A stretch of DNA of 64,000 bases, taken from Camelus ferus. Lineage: Eukaryota. The stretch lies in the NCBI RefSeq assembly GCF_009834535.1, contig NC_045696.1, positions 94,490,001-94,554,000 on the forward strand, read 5' to 3'. This document shows positions 38,247 to 52,259 of the stretch, one piece after another (position 1 is the stretch's first letter; every line of letters starts with the position of its first letter). The position numbers and the translations under genes are program-made. The notes below the pieces were generated by a model. The model saw nothing but the letters and a program-made list of their open reading frames with translations. It did no database searches and had not been told where the DNA came from.

Positions 38247-38421
38247 AACAGATAAACAGCAAGGTCCTACTGCACAGCACAGGGACTATACTCAATGCCC
38301 TGTCATGCCTATAATGAAAAAGAACATGAAAATATAAATATATACGCATAACTGAATCACTATGCTGTACACCAGAAATTAACACAACATTATAAATTGA
38401 CTATACTTCAATTAAAAAAAA
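38247..38421 (+). mobile_element. Short young L1 3' end with a perfect 16-bp TSD
   Basis: aagtatggaggggtag at 38231-38246 and 38422-38437; ends gactatacttcaattaaaaaaaa. Confidence 0.96.
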
Positions 38422-38564
38422 AAGTATGGAGGGGTAGGAAAGATCTTCTAGTGATGAGAATGATACATGAAAGGTACAGAGGTGTGAAATTAAAAAGCCA
38501 GTCTGTGTTCTGGTTAAACCATTGAGGAAAAAATTCTGTGTAGGAAAATAGTGATGGCAGGGAT

Positions 38565-39059
38565 CAGTGGTTCTCAAATTTTAGATCAGTGTTGTCCAAG
38601 AGAGGTGTAATGCAAGCCATATATGCAGTTTCAGATTTTCTGGCAGGCACATTAAAAAAAGAAGTAGGTGAAATTCATTTTAACAATGTATTTTTTAATC
38701 CAACTTGCCCAATATATCATTTCAATGTGTGATTAATTTAAAATATCATCTATGTGACTTTTCACATTCTATTTTTGTACTAGGTCTTCAAAGTTTATTG
38801 GGTGCTTGGCATTACAGCCCATCTCAGTTTGGACTGGGCCACATTTCAAGTGCTCAATAGCCACAGGTAGCTAGTGGCTACCATCTTGGTCAGCACAGCT
38901 TTGAAGTACATCAGAATCTTGTTAAAACGCAGATTGCTGGTTTCACTCCCAGAGCTTCTGATTTACGAGATCTGGGGTAGGGACCAATCATTTGCATGTC
39001 TAACAAGCTCCCAGCTGATGCAGATGCTACTGGTCTAGAATCACACTCTGAGGGCCACG
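38565..39059 (+). mobile_element. MER5A interrupted by MER33
   Basis: cagtggttctcaaa...[insert]...catcagaatc...gcagattgctgg...atttgcatgtctaacaagctcccagctgatgcagatgct. Confidence 0.85.
38587..38898 (+). mobile_element. MER33-like hAT MITE, full length
   Basis: cagtgttgtccaa...gccacatttcaagtgctcaatagccacaggtagctagtggctaccatcttggtcagcacag. Confidence 0.88.
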
Positions 39060-39067
39060 AGTTTAGA

Positions 39068-39257
39068 TAATTGGTTCTCAAGCCTGACTGCAAGTTAGAA
39101 AAAAGCAAGGGGGAAAAAAAAAAAAAAGCCACCCATCCTCCAGGCCCCACAGCAGGCCACTTAAACCACAAACTCTAGAGGTCAGGCCCCAGGGGAATTG
39201 ATCTTTTAAAAAGTTTCCCAGGGGATTTTAATTATTAGCCAGGTTAGAGAACCACAG
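39068..39257. mobile_element. MER5A1/MER5B-like hAT MITE
   Basis: tggttctcaagcctgactgca...gccaggttagagaaccac with inverted termini. Confidence 0.75.
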
Positions 39258-39863
39258 AAGAGGGAGGAGAAAAGGCCAGAAAGATGTTTTAGCAAACAAA
39301 GGATGGCTAAATCGAAAAAACAGAAAAATACACTAAATCTTCTAAGTAACAGGGAGCCTCAAGAGGCCTTTAAACAGGGCAGTGCTATATAGTGAAAGCA
39401 TTATTTTCTTGAGTTGCTTGCAATGGTAGTGACCTGTATCAGGAAAAGTTCAGAGAGAGGTTTAAAATGGTTCAAGAGTTCGATGAGTTTGCGGCAATGG
39501 AAGGAGGGGAAATAAGAGTTACACGCTACTCGGTTCAGTTACATAACTATTCTGCAGCATGCTGGGCGAAGGGTAAGAGGCAAATACCAACAGGCAACTT
39601 GTGTTATTTGTTTAGTTCAGCAGAGAGCGATAATACAGCAGCCACCAGTGAAATGCCTATGAAAGCCATGTCAGAAAGGCAACAAGAAAGGTGGGATGGG
39701 GTAAAGAAACCACTAGGAATACATTCATCCTGTGAATGACAGAAGCTTCCTTTTGGTTAACATTTGCTAGGCCTGATCCCTAGGGGGCAGTCCCCTCCAG
39801 ATAGTATCTGCCCCCTTGCTCATTCTTGCCCACACACTTACACTTAAAATTTGTTTTTTTCCC

Positions 39864-40098
39864 TTTTTTTTTTAAATTGAAGTATAGTTGATTTACAGTG
39901 TTGTGTTAGTTTCAGGTTACAGCAAAGTGATTCACTTATTTTTATATATATATGTATTCCTTTTCATATTCTTTTTCACTGTAGGTGATTACAAGGTATT
40001 GAATATAGTTCCCTGTGCTCTACAGTAGGACCTTGTTGTTTATCTGTTTTATATATAGTAGTGTGTATTTGTTAATCCCAAAATCCCAATTTTTCCCT
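39864..40098 (-). mobile_element. L1 3' end
   Basis: Poly-T followed by aaattgaagtatagttgatttacag...ttgaatatagttccctgtgct. Confidence 0.93.
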
Positions 40099-43000
40099 CA
40101 GGCCAGACCTGGAACAGTCTTTAGGACTCCTAGTATCTAGGCAAGAGTGTCCTTCTGTGTCTGAGTCTCTGGCTTCAGGCTGAAACTTGGAGAAAATGAA
40201 TTATCAAAAGTACTTGAAGTCAATGGAAACTATAAACAAAAGCCAACACAAGTCAGTGGTTCCTGGAGAAACAGTCCCCATTTTGGGAAGACTAGAGATG
40301 GAGGTGTTGGTGGGTGGGTGAACTAGCATAAAGTCACGACGAAAACAAGATTTCACAGCCTGAAAGCACATTATCCATCAAGTACCACAGACACACACCC
40401 TGTGAGAGCAGGCGTGGACTGTTGCCAATATGCCACAGAATTTAAATTACATACAAGCACTCGGGAAAAGCCACAACAATAAATGACAGTCCTGGTATGT
40501 AGTGATTTCACATATCACCTCAAATGTGAAATGTAACTTACTGTGGTTTAGTACATGCTTTAACAAAAGAAGTAGCCAACAGAAAATATCTAAGGTACCG
40601 AGTATAGATACCAGCCAGTACATGTTTAAATCAGTTGTTTCATGTCGATTGTAATTTATATCCATCCTTCCTCCTCCCCTCTATGTTAGAATTTGCGCAG
40701 AGTCTACAAAGCCTGTTAATAGGAAGCTTGATAAGATTCTTAATGAGACTTTAAGACTAAGCTGCCATTACAGCTACCGAATCCTGGGTTCCTTGTTCTC
40801 CATCTTCTATTTTCTTTCTGTTCCCTTGGCATCACCGTTTCCTCATCTGTATTCTTAAAATATTCCCGTTGAGCCCACTAACAAATTGCCAAGCCAGACT
40901 GGCAACTTAATTGCATCCTTGAGCCTTAATCTTAATTCTGAAGATTCTTCTTTCTTTTTCCAACATGTCCCCTAAAATTGCTGGTTCAAATATTGTGATG
41001 AGCCAGAGATCCTATTTTCCTGTAAGTAAATTACCACACTCCCCGACCCATAGTCGGCCGGCTACAGCAAACCTATATGTTCCCCCTAGGAAATCATCAT
41101 ACTATCTTTATTGGTAATATCTAAACTCACATTGGCGTTTTAGCCATAAATTTAAAATCACTTTTGATTTCTGGGAGAAGGAATTATTCTGAAACCAGTT
41201 AACCTCAAAGATTCTGGATTCTACTAATCTCCATAGTCCTGTGAATGAAAAATACTGCAAGCCATATCAGTAAACAAAGAGTGCTGTGGCCATCAAATCA
41301 TCAGCCACTGCCACCTACTCCCACTTCAACTTTTCCAAGTCCAACGACATTTGGACGTAAAGCTTAAAATACACAGATGATGAGTAAGTTCACTATTTTA
41401 AATGACATTAATGAAAATGTTCCATCAAGCCCTTGCCAAGACAGAAGTGAATCAGAACATTTATACTGTAAAATTAATGAAATTAAAGGAAAAAAAACAT
41501 TTCTTAAATCTTCAAATAGGAGTTAGATGTACTCTAAGCACTTCTTTAGGTGTTCAAGCCTGTTCTAACTCAGATAGGTCTAATAGTTCTAATGCAACGC
41601 AACTTGGCAAATATTTCCCAGAACAAGGTGAAATTCATTGGATTTCTTCAAGGTGCTATGTTTTATAAGTCTGGACAATGCTTTCATCAGAGCTTGAATT
41701 TCTGGAAAAGAACTGCTCTTGCTAGAACTCTGAGTAGGCGTTAGAACATTCATTCTGGGTAAACTTTTTTACAGTGTAATCTGTCAAAAAATAGCTACAG
41801 CAGATACAATATCCGAACTTACACATAATGAGTATTTTTTGGAGCCTCCTAAAAGAACTCTTGCAGGGATCAGCACTAATGAATATTAAACATAAAGGAT
41901 AAAACTCTTGTAAGTAATCGCTGCCCTTTAAGTACTTTACTTGGTTAAGTAAATCTTTTGTATCTATCAGCTAATTCTCAACTGGATCTTAATTCTTTTC
42001 CAATGAGCTGGCTCCCCACTCAGACAGCATGCAGATCACAGCTTGGCTGTGAACCCACGCAGCAAAATTAAGCTGTGCAAATATTAGCCCACAATACGGA
42101 GCTGTAGGAAAGACCTTGACTTGTACTGTGGTGCGGAATGGAGCCCAGAAGTCTTTGGTGGGACTGCACCGGTGTATTATACTTCATGTTTGGGTTGATG
42201 GGTAAAAAAAGAGAAAAAAAGGAAATAAAGTCTTACAGCAAATTTTGATTCAAATTCTAGAGAGTAGTTACTAACAGGAAAAAATCTACATCCAAAGCCT
42301 AACTACAAAGCATAATATTTAGGACTCCAGACACAAAGGAATATTATAAAGGATGCCTTATTAATTTTCAGATATTTTTACCAGTCCTGTAATGAGGAAT
42401 CTATAATATTAGTTATTGAGAAAGAAAAATAAGCCAGGCTACAGGCCATTCATTCTACCTTACTAGAATCCATGTTAGCTCTCTTTTTTCAGTTTAGGTT
42501 TTTTTTTTTTTTTTTTTTTTGCTTCTGTCTAAACCAGAGCCCATCAAAGTATCAACCTTCACTCAACTGATTTTTATCACCAGGCTTGAAAGCAAGATGT
42601 ATTTATTTATTTTTGCTAGATATTGGTTTCTAGAAAAACGTCTAACGCTAAGTAAATGCTCAGCAAATATATGCTGTAAAGAACTCATAACAAAATGGAT
42701 ATAGATGATATCACATGATCTATACAGAGTTAATGGAGACATAAAAGACTTTCTCCCATGCCATGACTTCTAAGTTGATTTGTGGGCCCTCAATGCTTGA
42801 ATAATCTGTTTGTGCAGGAACTAAATCTGAATGTGGAGAAAAAGTAAATCCTACACTGGGACTTAATTGACTATTAAGAATTAGGGTTATTTATGAAACA
42901 AGCAAACAAACAAAAACCAGCCTGTATGCATCTTGTTAGTACTGCCAAACAATTCATGCAAACCTCTAACAGATTTTTTTTACCGTCCAAATACTACTAA

Positions 43001-45424
43001 CTGGCCTAACATGTAAGTCTTTGCTTTAAAGTCTTTTTGCATCTGTGCCCTTAGAAACTGGTATTATTTATTTAAATTGACAGATGTTTTTGTTTTAATT
43101 TAAAATGTAACACAGTTAATGTAGAACACTTGGAATATAAAGATATCTTTGAAAAATTCTAAATCTTTAGTCCTCCATATGCAAGGAAAATATTAGCAAT
43201 TTAGTTATGATCTTATTATTATTTCTTTAATACATAGAAATGACAAGGCTCACTCACGTCAGAACCCCTCTAGGGAAGCCTCTCTCTAGGGCTTCACTTT
43301 TTTGTATTGATAGTCAAAAATACGTAGGAAAAAAAATTCAAGGACATATATCATGTGTTCAAAGTATTTCTGACAGTAGAATCCTTATTGTATTGTACAC
43401 ATTTTGTACTGTTTGAATTATTTAAATGAGATGTGTTTAAGAGAAAACACTTTAAAAGAGTTAAACAGTAACTTAAAATGAGGGTAATACCACCTAAAAA
43501 TGTAAAAGTATTATACAGTCTAACATTATTTTCTCTTTTACTACTAGGATATCCAAAACTCATTCTATATTGAATTGTAGTAGCTAACCTAGAATGAAAC
43601 TCATAAGGAAACTTGTGGGGTTTTTAAAATATTATTCTCATTATCACCTTTACATTAAATTTGGACACTTCTTACTTTATTTTTTAATTGTAATTTGCTT
43701 CAACTTTTTTTTGTTGTTTTTCAAATTTTTGTTTGGAGAAATAGATGACTATAAACTAATTAAAATACAAAACCAGAAAAAAATCTAACTTAGCTATCAA
43801 AACTCAGACGAACCAACCCATACGATATTTAAGACCTTATGAAGAAAGTTGCTTTAAGTATCAAGGCCTATTACCCCAGAAGATGCCAACCCCAAAATTA
43901 AAATCATATTTCACCAATTTCAGTAAGCCACGTTCACAGGCACTTGTCCCACCTGCTCTTTTCAGAATGTCTTTCTTCTGCAAAATTTCCCCCACCATCC
44001 ACCCATGCCATCCAGAAGTCCCCAGGGAATGTTGCACATGAGCTGAGAAGCCAGCAACATTATGACAATATGCCTCCCTTTGGAGGTGTTCTTCCCTTTG
44101 GCACAAAGGCTAAATGGAAGCTCCTCCACACTCCCCAGTGCCAGCAGTTGCAGGGTGTTCCTTCCTTAGGTGAGCAGCCTACCTTCCCACCTCCTTTTCC
44201 TCCCGGTGCTCCTTCTTCTGTTTTTGCACTTCTGTTGAATTCCACCATTCCTTTGGGTGCTCCGGCTTCCTCTGGTGACTATACCACTTCCCTGAATTTC
44301 CTTCTGTCCCCTGCTGCCAGCCACAGCTGCCACCTCCACTGGCTTGACCAGCAACTTCTTTGTCCATTGGTTCAAGTCTCACCTGCCCGCTGAGTCCTGT
44401 GTTCAGTGCTGCACTGCGCTCCGTAGTGGAGACTAGAGAGGACCCCTCTCCCATTTAGGGTTATACTCTGTTAGAGGAGAGACAAAGAAATGCGCTTGTG
44501 ACCTGATGGCCAGTTTACAGGAACACAATATTTCCTCTTTTTAATTACAGAGTGTCTCCTCTGGGGAATGTAGATATGAAGGAAGAATTGAGGGACTGCA
44601 ACAGGAGATAAATACTGGGCTCTATGCAGCCTGTTCCCCACTTAGGCCCAAGGATTTGATATTGATTTCACTAGTTGTCTGACATCCTCTTCCCTGAGCA
44701 TCAATTCTCTTCCAGCAGAAGCCCCATTCTGCCATGCAATTAAGCCTCAGGGAGAATGCCCATTAATTTCGCAGATACCACCAGAACTGTCAGAATTCCA
44801 AGGGTGTACCTGGCTTAGGCTCAAGCCAAAAACTCCATTAGAGATACAAATAAATGCCTTGAATAAATAAGGAGCAATCCCATATCTTTGAGTGGGAAAC
44901 TAAATATTATTCACAAGATCAATTTTTTTCTAAATTAAGTAATAGCTTTAATCCATCAAGTGTTACCAGCATGGCAAACATAAAATAAAGTTATAGTACG
45001 TTTAATATTTAAGTTAATATGACTCTGATCCCTATCTGCTCATCATGAAGTTACATAGTTACATGGTTGAGACCAAACTTTTCAGCCTGAATCTGAGCCA
45101 GGTACACCTCTGGAATTCTGACTGGTCTGGTAATGTGCCTTGATTATCTTCCCAAGAAGGATCTGGTCCCTAATTTTAATTAAACCAGATTAATAGGGGG
45201 GAAATATTCCCTTTATTCATAAACTTCTTATATGTTTTGGCTCATAAACTTATTTACAATTATATATTATAATGCATAATTATTAGTTATGTAATTATTG
45301 GCCACTAAGATTATGCCATTATCAGCAAAAGTAAATAATTCTTCCATTAAGTTGCTGCGTTTAATTTACTCACATGGCACTGGCCACATTTATTCTTTAA
45401 ACTTCTTGGGAGTTTCCCTGAAAT

Positions 45425-45495
45425 TATTTGTGATATGATTGACATGACATTGTATTAGTTTTAGGTGTGCAGCATGATTTGATATATGTATCCTG
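45425..45495 (-). mobile_element. Very short L1 3' terminus
   Basis: attgacatgacattgtattagttttaggtgtgcagcatgatttgatata. Confidence 0.6.
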
Positions 45496-46494
45496 TAATT
45501 TAACTTATTTAACTACCTGTCTTCTTGTGTCCTATGGTACCTCTTAGTTAATCAGTTCAAAGATAGTCATCAACAAATGAAGGTTACAAAGCCAACCTGT
45601 TGAGAAGGGAAAATGTGAGTGGATAATAATCTGACTCTGAAAAGACTTTTAATAATCAACATATTCAAAAGTCAAAGAAGAAACAACATTTCAGTGAAGT
45701 GAAACTTGCTTTAGCTTAATTGGAAGCCTCAGGGTAAACCTTTAGTATTTTTGGAAACACTCTAAACTGAGTAGAATTCTAAAACATTACCAAGCTAGTT
45801 TAAATGTTTTAAAATGCCAGGAGGGAGGGGATAGAGTGGTCTTAAAAGTTTTTATAGATGGGTGGTTGATCTTTTCTAATAATTCATTAGAAAAATATGC
45901 TCAATCTTTCATGGTAGGAAAATGCCAGTAAAAAGAGAACCATCAGCTGCTCAGTTTTATGTTTAAATAGGAAAGAGTCTAATTGACTGCAGAATAAAAG
46001 ATAGCATGCATAACCTTTTAAAAAATTATCAAAAGCATTGTCCTTGATATTAGCCTGACATTATTGCCTTTGATTAGTCAAAAATAACGTTGTGGACTTC
46101 CATAGCACTTTTCTTCATAGGAACCAGAGAACTTGCCTTAAAAAAACGCCAGTCTCCCACTATATAAGGATGAAGGTGGAAGGGACTTGCATTCTTGCTA
46201 ATGAATAGAACTGCTGTCTTTAAAACAAAAACAAAAACAAAAACTAACAAGTCCACCTGTGGCCCACACTCCTCGGCCATCTCTATTCCCCCTCCTTCCT
46301 GTACCCACCTCATGACAAGTGATGGCCCTCCACACCCAGCTCAGTGTCTCTTAACAGGCCAGAGGAAAGCACCAAATCCAGCCACAAATGGCCACGATCA
46401 GGAAGCCATGTTAGCCTGCAGCTTTCTGCACCCTGGAAACCAAAGAAACTCCTCTTAGGCAGGAACAAGGACTCTCAAGGCATGTTGGTTCTTT

Positions 46495-46875
46495 CTTCCA
46501 TCATTTCTCCATTTATTCAGCTAACATCTGCTGAACCCCTACTATGTATAAGGCTCTGTAATAAGTACCAGAAAATCAACACTGAGCGAGATCCACGAGG
46601 GCCCTGCCCTCATGAAGCTAACATTCTAGCTGGGGAGATCGGTATTAACTAATGAATTACCTAATTGTTAAAGTAAAATTGTGAAATATATTATGAAGGA
46701 GAAACAGTGGGTGCTGTGGAAGCAGAGATGGATGAATCTGACTGGAGGGTCAGAGATAGCTTCCTGGAGACATGTGATCTGGGCTCTGGAATAGCAGCAA
46801 GAATTAACTAGGCTAAAATAGGAGGAAGGATATTCTAGGAAGGCCACAGATTGTTCCAAGATCCTGAAGTGGACA
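46495..46875 (-). mobile_element. L2 3' fragment
   Basis: atttattcagctaacatctgctgaacccctactatgt...ccctgccctcatgaagctaacattctagctgggga. Confidence 0.8.
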
Positions 46876-47346
46876 GAAAAACAATATTGATTATTGTTGT
46901 ATTTTGAGGAAGACCATGTGGAAGTATTTCATAAAAGGTAAAACACGGAAAAAAAAAAAGGTTAGTGATTACTTCTCCTGGTTATTACTACTGTTGTTAT
47001 TGTCTGGTTTTAGTGGAGAATCGGGGCTGTATTTTTCTCTCACTGCTTTTAACAGTAAGTTAGATCACCCTTTTCTACATCTTGGCAATATCGTGAACAG
47101 GCACAGTAATTATTTAGAAAATTACAATTTAAGATTAAATCACACTTTCAGTACCATATCTAATTCAGGGTCTACTCCCACAATGCCACCCCTATGCTCT
47201 TATGCCCCCCTCCCCCTGCTCAGGCCAGATCTGTGGCTTGAGAAGGTTTGTTGGTCTTTTATTCTTCCTCGCTTACTTGATGTGGTACTGGCACTGTCGG
47301 GGTCATGGGGATGGAAGAGAGTTGGAGGACAAGGATATTTAGGTGC

Positions 47347-47388
<42 letters not shown>
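47347..47388 (+). repeat. (AG)n microsatellite
   Basis: Directly visible. Confidence 0.97.
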
Positions 47389-48299
47389 TTAAAGGAAAAA
47401 GTCAAAGTCTTACTTGTCTAGGGCTGTTATAATCTACCTGTGTCCTCAGTGATGACAGGTTCTAAATGTAGGCTCTTTCCTAGAGAACATTGAGGTTTGT
47501 CTGAAGACCCCCTCTTGGACCTCTACAGGGCACCATTCCCTCACACAGGTGATAACCTTTCCTGCTGACCTCTCATGACCCCTCTCAGCTCTGCACCTTC
47601 CACTCTCATCTCGGTGAACACAGACTCAACTAAGACCTTCACACCCCATGAACCATCTCCTTCAACAGGGTCCTGTCAAGATGGCATAGTGGCTATTTTC
47701 AGTGGATTTACTTGACCCATAGAAATTTGCATTCGTGCTGTTGATATCAAAGTGCCCTCTTTTCTCCTCCCTCTGTAATGGACAGCTCCAACCTACCTCA
47801 GACTTCAAAATCCCGACCAAATGCAGGCAACAGTCTCTCTGTCAGTATACCTCCCCAAATGCTCTAAAGTTCAGGGTAGCCTAAGGTATAACAATGCATT
47901 TATGCAGTTCAGTAAATATCCAGCTAGGGAATAAAATTCCATTCTCTTCTCTTGAGGGGGGAAAAAACAACAGCACAAACAAAACAACATCAAAATTTTT
48001 AAAAACCTCTTTAGAAAGCCCCTCATCTTGTCTTAAGGGAGGGAAGAATATGACAAAGCAAACTTCCTCTTTAAATTTCCTATGTTCTCTTAAATAGGCT
48101 GAAGTAATGGACACAAAGCACTGGGAAACAATGGGAAAAGGACCATTTTACATTCTATCACAGAAATGTCAGTTATTCTTATTTGTTGTTTTCTTTTTCT
48201 TCTCATTATCATCATCATTTTTACTATTGTTGTGTTTATTATTTAGGGAACACTAAGGCACAAATATTGTGAAATTAAATTCTTTCCCACTGAAAATTG

Positions 48300-48718
48300 T
48301 ATAGTGGATGCTGCCTAGAGGGCCCTACCCCAGCCTCTGGGAGTATTTCCAGCAGAGAGCCCTTAGTTGTCCACACACTTTGGAACTTGTATTGACTGAG
48401 GAGAGTCACCTCACCCAGAGTCACATCACATTCCCCATTGGGTAGTCTTCAACCAGTTACTGGTTGATACGGAGATATAAAGCCTGGTCCTCTTCCCTTA
48501 CTTGGAAGAACTTGAAAGAGATACCTCAGTTCCACAGCTCCTCATGGGTCGGCTGAGGCATTCACTGAGATGACATTGTAGCCCAGCTTCTTCCTCAGTC
48601 CAGGCCTCCTTCACCCCATTCCATCCACATGGGTAGATCCCAAGACCACTCCTCACACAATGTCTGCACACTAATCTCCATCTCAAGATCTCTTTCTGAG
48701 AGCATCCAACCTGTGACA
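48300..48718 (+). mobile_element. LTR16C-like ERVL solo LTR
   Basis: Starts tatagtggatgctg, has TATAAA at about 48477, and ends ctgcacactaatctccatctca...ccaacctgtgaca. Confidence 0.8.
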
Positions 48719-48724
48719 GACCAT

Positions 48725-49205
48725 GAATAAGTAAAGAATAACCACTATTTCCACCTCTATTAAACATGCTGCTAAGGTCCTAGAACAATGCAAAGACAAG
48801 AAAAAGGAATAAAAGATGTAAAGATTGCAAAGGAGAAAATAAAATTGTCATTATTTACAGACAATGTGATTGTAAAGAGAAAATCCTCAATAACCTACAA
48901 ATAAAGTATTAGACTCAATAAAAAAAAAACTTTAGCAAGATTCCTGGATAGTATAATTTTTATATTCCAACCAAAAAATTCAATTTGAGTCTTTCAAAAT
49001 ATGCCATTTACCAGAATATAAAAATAATCTAAGAATAAATCAAATCAATGATTTTAAGGTAATCATTCAAAAAAAAAGTATTATTGAGAGTAATTAAAGA
49101 CGACCTAAGTGAACAGAAAGATAAACCACAATTATGAATTGGAAGACTCGATACTTTACAAAGATGTCAATTCTCTTCTAATTATTATAAATTCAGTGCA
49201 GTGTC
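48725..49205 (+). mobile_element. Ancient L1 ORF2 (RT region) remnant
   Basis: ccactatttccacctctattaaacat (PLSPLLFN-like) and tcattatttacagacaatgtgatt (SLFADDMI-like). Confidence 0.8.
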
Positions 49206-49207
49206 AA

Positions 49208-49400
49208 TTGCATCAATCAGTAATTATCATGATAAAGCTGTGTAACAAGCCATCCCCAAACTCAGTATCACATGACAATAGTCATTTATTTCCCTTCCAG
49301 GGATCTATGGATTAGTGCTTGATCTAGGTGAGGTTCAGCTGGATCCACATTGGCTCTAGAAGAGAGTTAGACCAGGCCTGTTTCGTCTGTCTTTCATTGC
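49208..49400. mobile_element. MLT1 (MaLR) LTR fragment
   Basis: gctgtgtaacaagccatccccaaactcagt...catttattt. Confidence 0.6.
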
Positions 49401-50654
49401 TAGAATGAACACCTTTGAGTACTTTTCTGTTTGTGTATTATAACAATGGAAATTAAAAATTTTTTAATTTTTATGATATTGAACTATAAAGTCCAGAAAA
49501 GGTTTTAAAGTTTAACAAATAGATTATATTAAAAAAAATTATAGGAGCAAGTATAGAACTTTTCCTATAAGCATTCAAAACCCTGAAATTAATTTTTAAG
49601 GATAATTACTCTTTATTAGACTATCTCTATAAATCCATAGCAGATTCCTAGGTTTCTTTTATGTCCACTAGCAAATATAATGAATTTTTATTTAAGGAAA
49701 AAATTAAAATTTTTATTACATTTATTAATTAACTTTTATTGAATTCTTACTTTATACCAGGCCTGGAGATAGTCAGCATTGTGGGTGACACTGTTTTATG
49801 GAATAGAGAGGGTACTTTCTCTCAAGAATCTAACAATTAGGTTGAGAAAAATAAAACAAAATGTTCAGAATAACTAGTTTGAGTGAGAAGAGGACTGTTT
49901 CCATCTGAATAAGGGAATATTTCTTACAAATACTTTATTTGAAATATCCATGAAAAATACCTACAGATTTGAAATGCCACTGCCTCACTGTTACATTTTC
50001 ACATTGAAATTACTTTTAATGTGAATATAGCTGTCTTCTGAAATTTTTTTATAACCAGAGTAAACATGCTAATAATGTTTTGCTTTTTCACATCTCACTT
50101 ATGAATTTTTCATATATGTATCAGCATATTCTACATTTTTGACTCTTTAATGGCAATATAGTGTTTACTCTTATCTGTTGATCACTCAGTTATGTTCACA
50201 ATTTTTCAGGCTTGATTTATTTCCAAATGTTTAGTGTTAAAACTTTTCCATCTTCAAAAGTATGTATATGTGTGTGTATTCTCATTTTGGGTTATTTTCT
50301 CAGAGTGTATTTTTAAAATGTTTATTTTCAAGAGATTTAGATTTACCAAAAATTGTGAGGCTAGCACAAGAAATGTGATTTATTTCATGTGTATGCAAAC
50401 CTTTTCTCACCGTGCAGGGGACCCTAGAGGGTGAGTACACTCTCCAAAAGGGTTCTCCATCCTGGAATCCATTGCCTTCAGAGATCCATGAAATTGCTAA
50501 AATCCTGAATCACCATGTGAAACTCAGATTTATTGCTACACTTGAGGCTTGAATCTTCCAGCTCATCCAAATAAGTTTTTCGTCCCTGCATATGTTGTAA
50601 GTGACCATATTTTTGGAATAACTTAAGTCGATGGTAAGAATGATTTTTAAAAAT

Positions 50655-50870
50655 GACACAGGAACTCCATTTACTGAGAACCTAAGTGTCAGGCACTGTA
50701 TTTAGACACATTACATATGTTATGTCATTTAATCCCAACAATAATCCTAATGGATTAAACCTAATGGAAGTAATGGAACTCTATTTATAAGGAAGAGAGT
50801 TCAGAGTATCTGGTTCAAAGTATCAAAGGAGTCATTGAATTCCTTGAGATTGTTTAGCTGCAAATCACAC
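50655..50870 (-). mobile_element. MIR
   Basis: catttactgagaacctaagtgtcaggcactgt...tcatttaatcccaacaataatccta. Confidence 0.75.
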
Positions 50871-52102
50871 CACAGTTCTACTCCAAACTAAATAAAGCTT
50901 GAATCCAGGTCACAGTCAATAACTGTCTTTCATAATTTGTTAAACATATGTGCTATACCCAAGGGAAAAAAAAAACAGACTAAAATTATTGGACTTCTAC
51001 TGTGGGTCAAATTTGTTGAAAACCTACCTTTATTTGTAGCCTAAATATGCCAATAAATTTAAAGGCACATGCAATTTTTAACCAGAGGACAGCTAATTTG
51101 CACACTTCACATGTTTTGTTTTTCTCAACAAAGACTAATCTGGTCATAAATATTTTATGAAACCTTCATGTGTTGTAGCAGAGTTTAATTTTCATACATA
51201 CTAGAATTCAGCTGGGACAAAGCATTGTAATATCTGGGCTTTATATTTACAAAAGCCATTCGATGACGAATCAACATTAAAATGGGCTTTAACATTTCCT
51301 GGGATGGCAGCGGTGATCTGTAGGGTAACTAAGGACCTAAGTTAGCAAGGAAAACAGTATCTTGTTCCTTTCATGTCTTTTAAGTCCATGCTTAGTTTTC
51401 CTAAATTTCGTATTTGAAAAACATCCATATGTTTTTTTTGGAGATTTTACTTTTAAACGCTCCCGTTTTATTTCTTTCTTAGCATTTATTTTAGTGAAGG
51501 CATATCTTGGCCACTTAAAAACTTTCAATTAAATAACTGCAAACAAATCTTTGGTATGCCAGAGAGAAAAAAATAGATTTCACAATTGGTTATGAAGCCC
51601 CATATCTGTCTTTTTAAGGGACTGATTAGGAAAAGACATATTCTTCTCTCTCTTTTGATCTAAAAAGGGTTTAAAGAAGTAAACAAAGCACAAAAGCTAG
51701 AACTGGTCTGATGGGAGCATTCAGAACCAAAAGCACTTCTCCCCTTAGGTGCTGAGCACCAGGAGTCAGGCAGAGTCCCGAGTATATTGTGAGAAACCGT
51801 GCGTTTTATGATAGAGACTGGAAAGTGTAAGAACAGGTGGCGTGAGTGAGAAGATTCTGCTTAATAGAAGAGGAGGAGACTCCTGAGAATTTGGGGTGCC
51901 ATATGTTAATAACATTTGCCGTGGTCTTCGTATTTGTATCTCTTTAAAAGTAGAGAATATGAATGAATATTATTCCTTTTTGGGTCCAGAGACTATAATA
52001 AGAAGGACACTGCTCCTGGATTAATTTAGGGGTGATAGCTTAATAAGCCTTACATATGTATCAAGAAAATTCTCTAACTTGAGTTTATAAGTTAAAATTT
52101 AA

Positions 52103-52245
52103 GGAGGAAGGATGTAGCTCAGTGGTAGAATGTGTGCTTGGCATGCACAAGGTCCTGGTTTCAATCCCCAGTACCTCTGTTAAAAAATAAATAAATAAAC
52201 CTAATCCCCCCCCCCAAAAAAATAAAATTGCACAAAAAATAAAAT
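52103..52245 (+). mobile_element. tRNA-derived SINE (camelid vic-1-like)
   Basis: Box A tagctcagtgg and box B gtttcaatccc, followed by an aataaataaacctaat-C-run-A-rich tail. Confidence 0.9.
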
Positions 52246-52259
52246 GTTCTAAAATTTTT

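Noticed and set aside
46904..47392. 162-aa ORF
   Set aside because: Low complexity, starts at a non-ATG codon, ends in an (AG)n repeat, and shows no homology.
52103..52180. tRNA-Ala-like gene (also 63830-63905)
   Set aside because: Followed by a SINE-specific AT-rich and poly-A tail, present in several diverged copies, and lacking a proper acceptor stem. It is a SINE head, not a tRNA gene.
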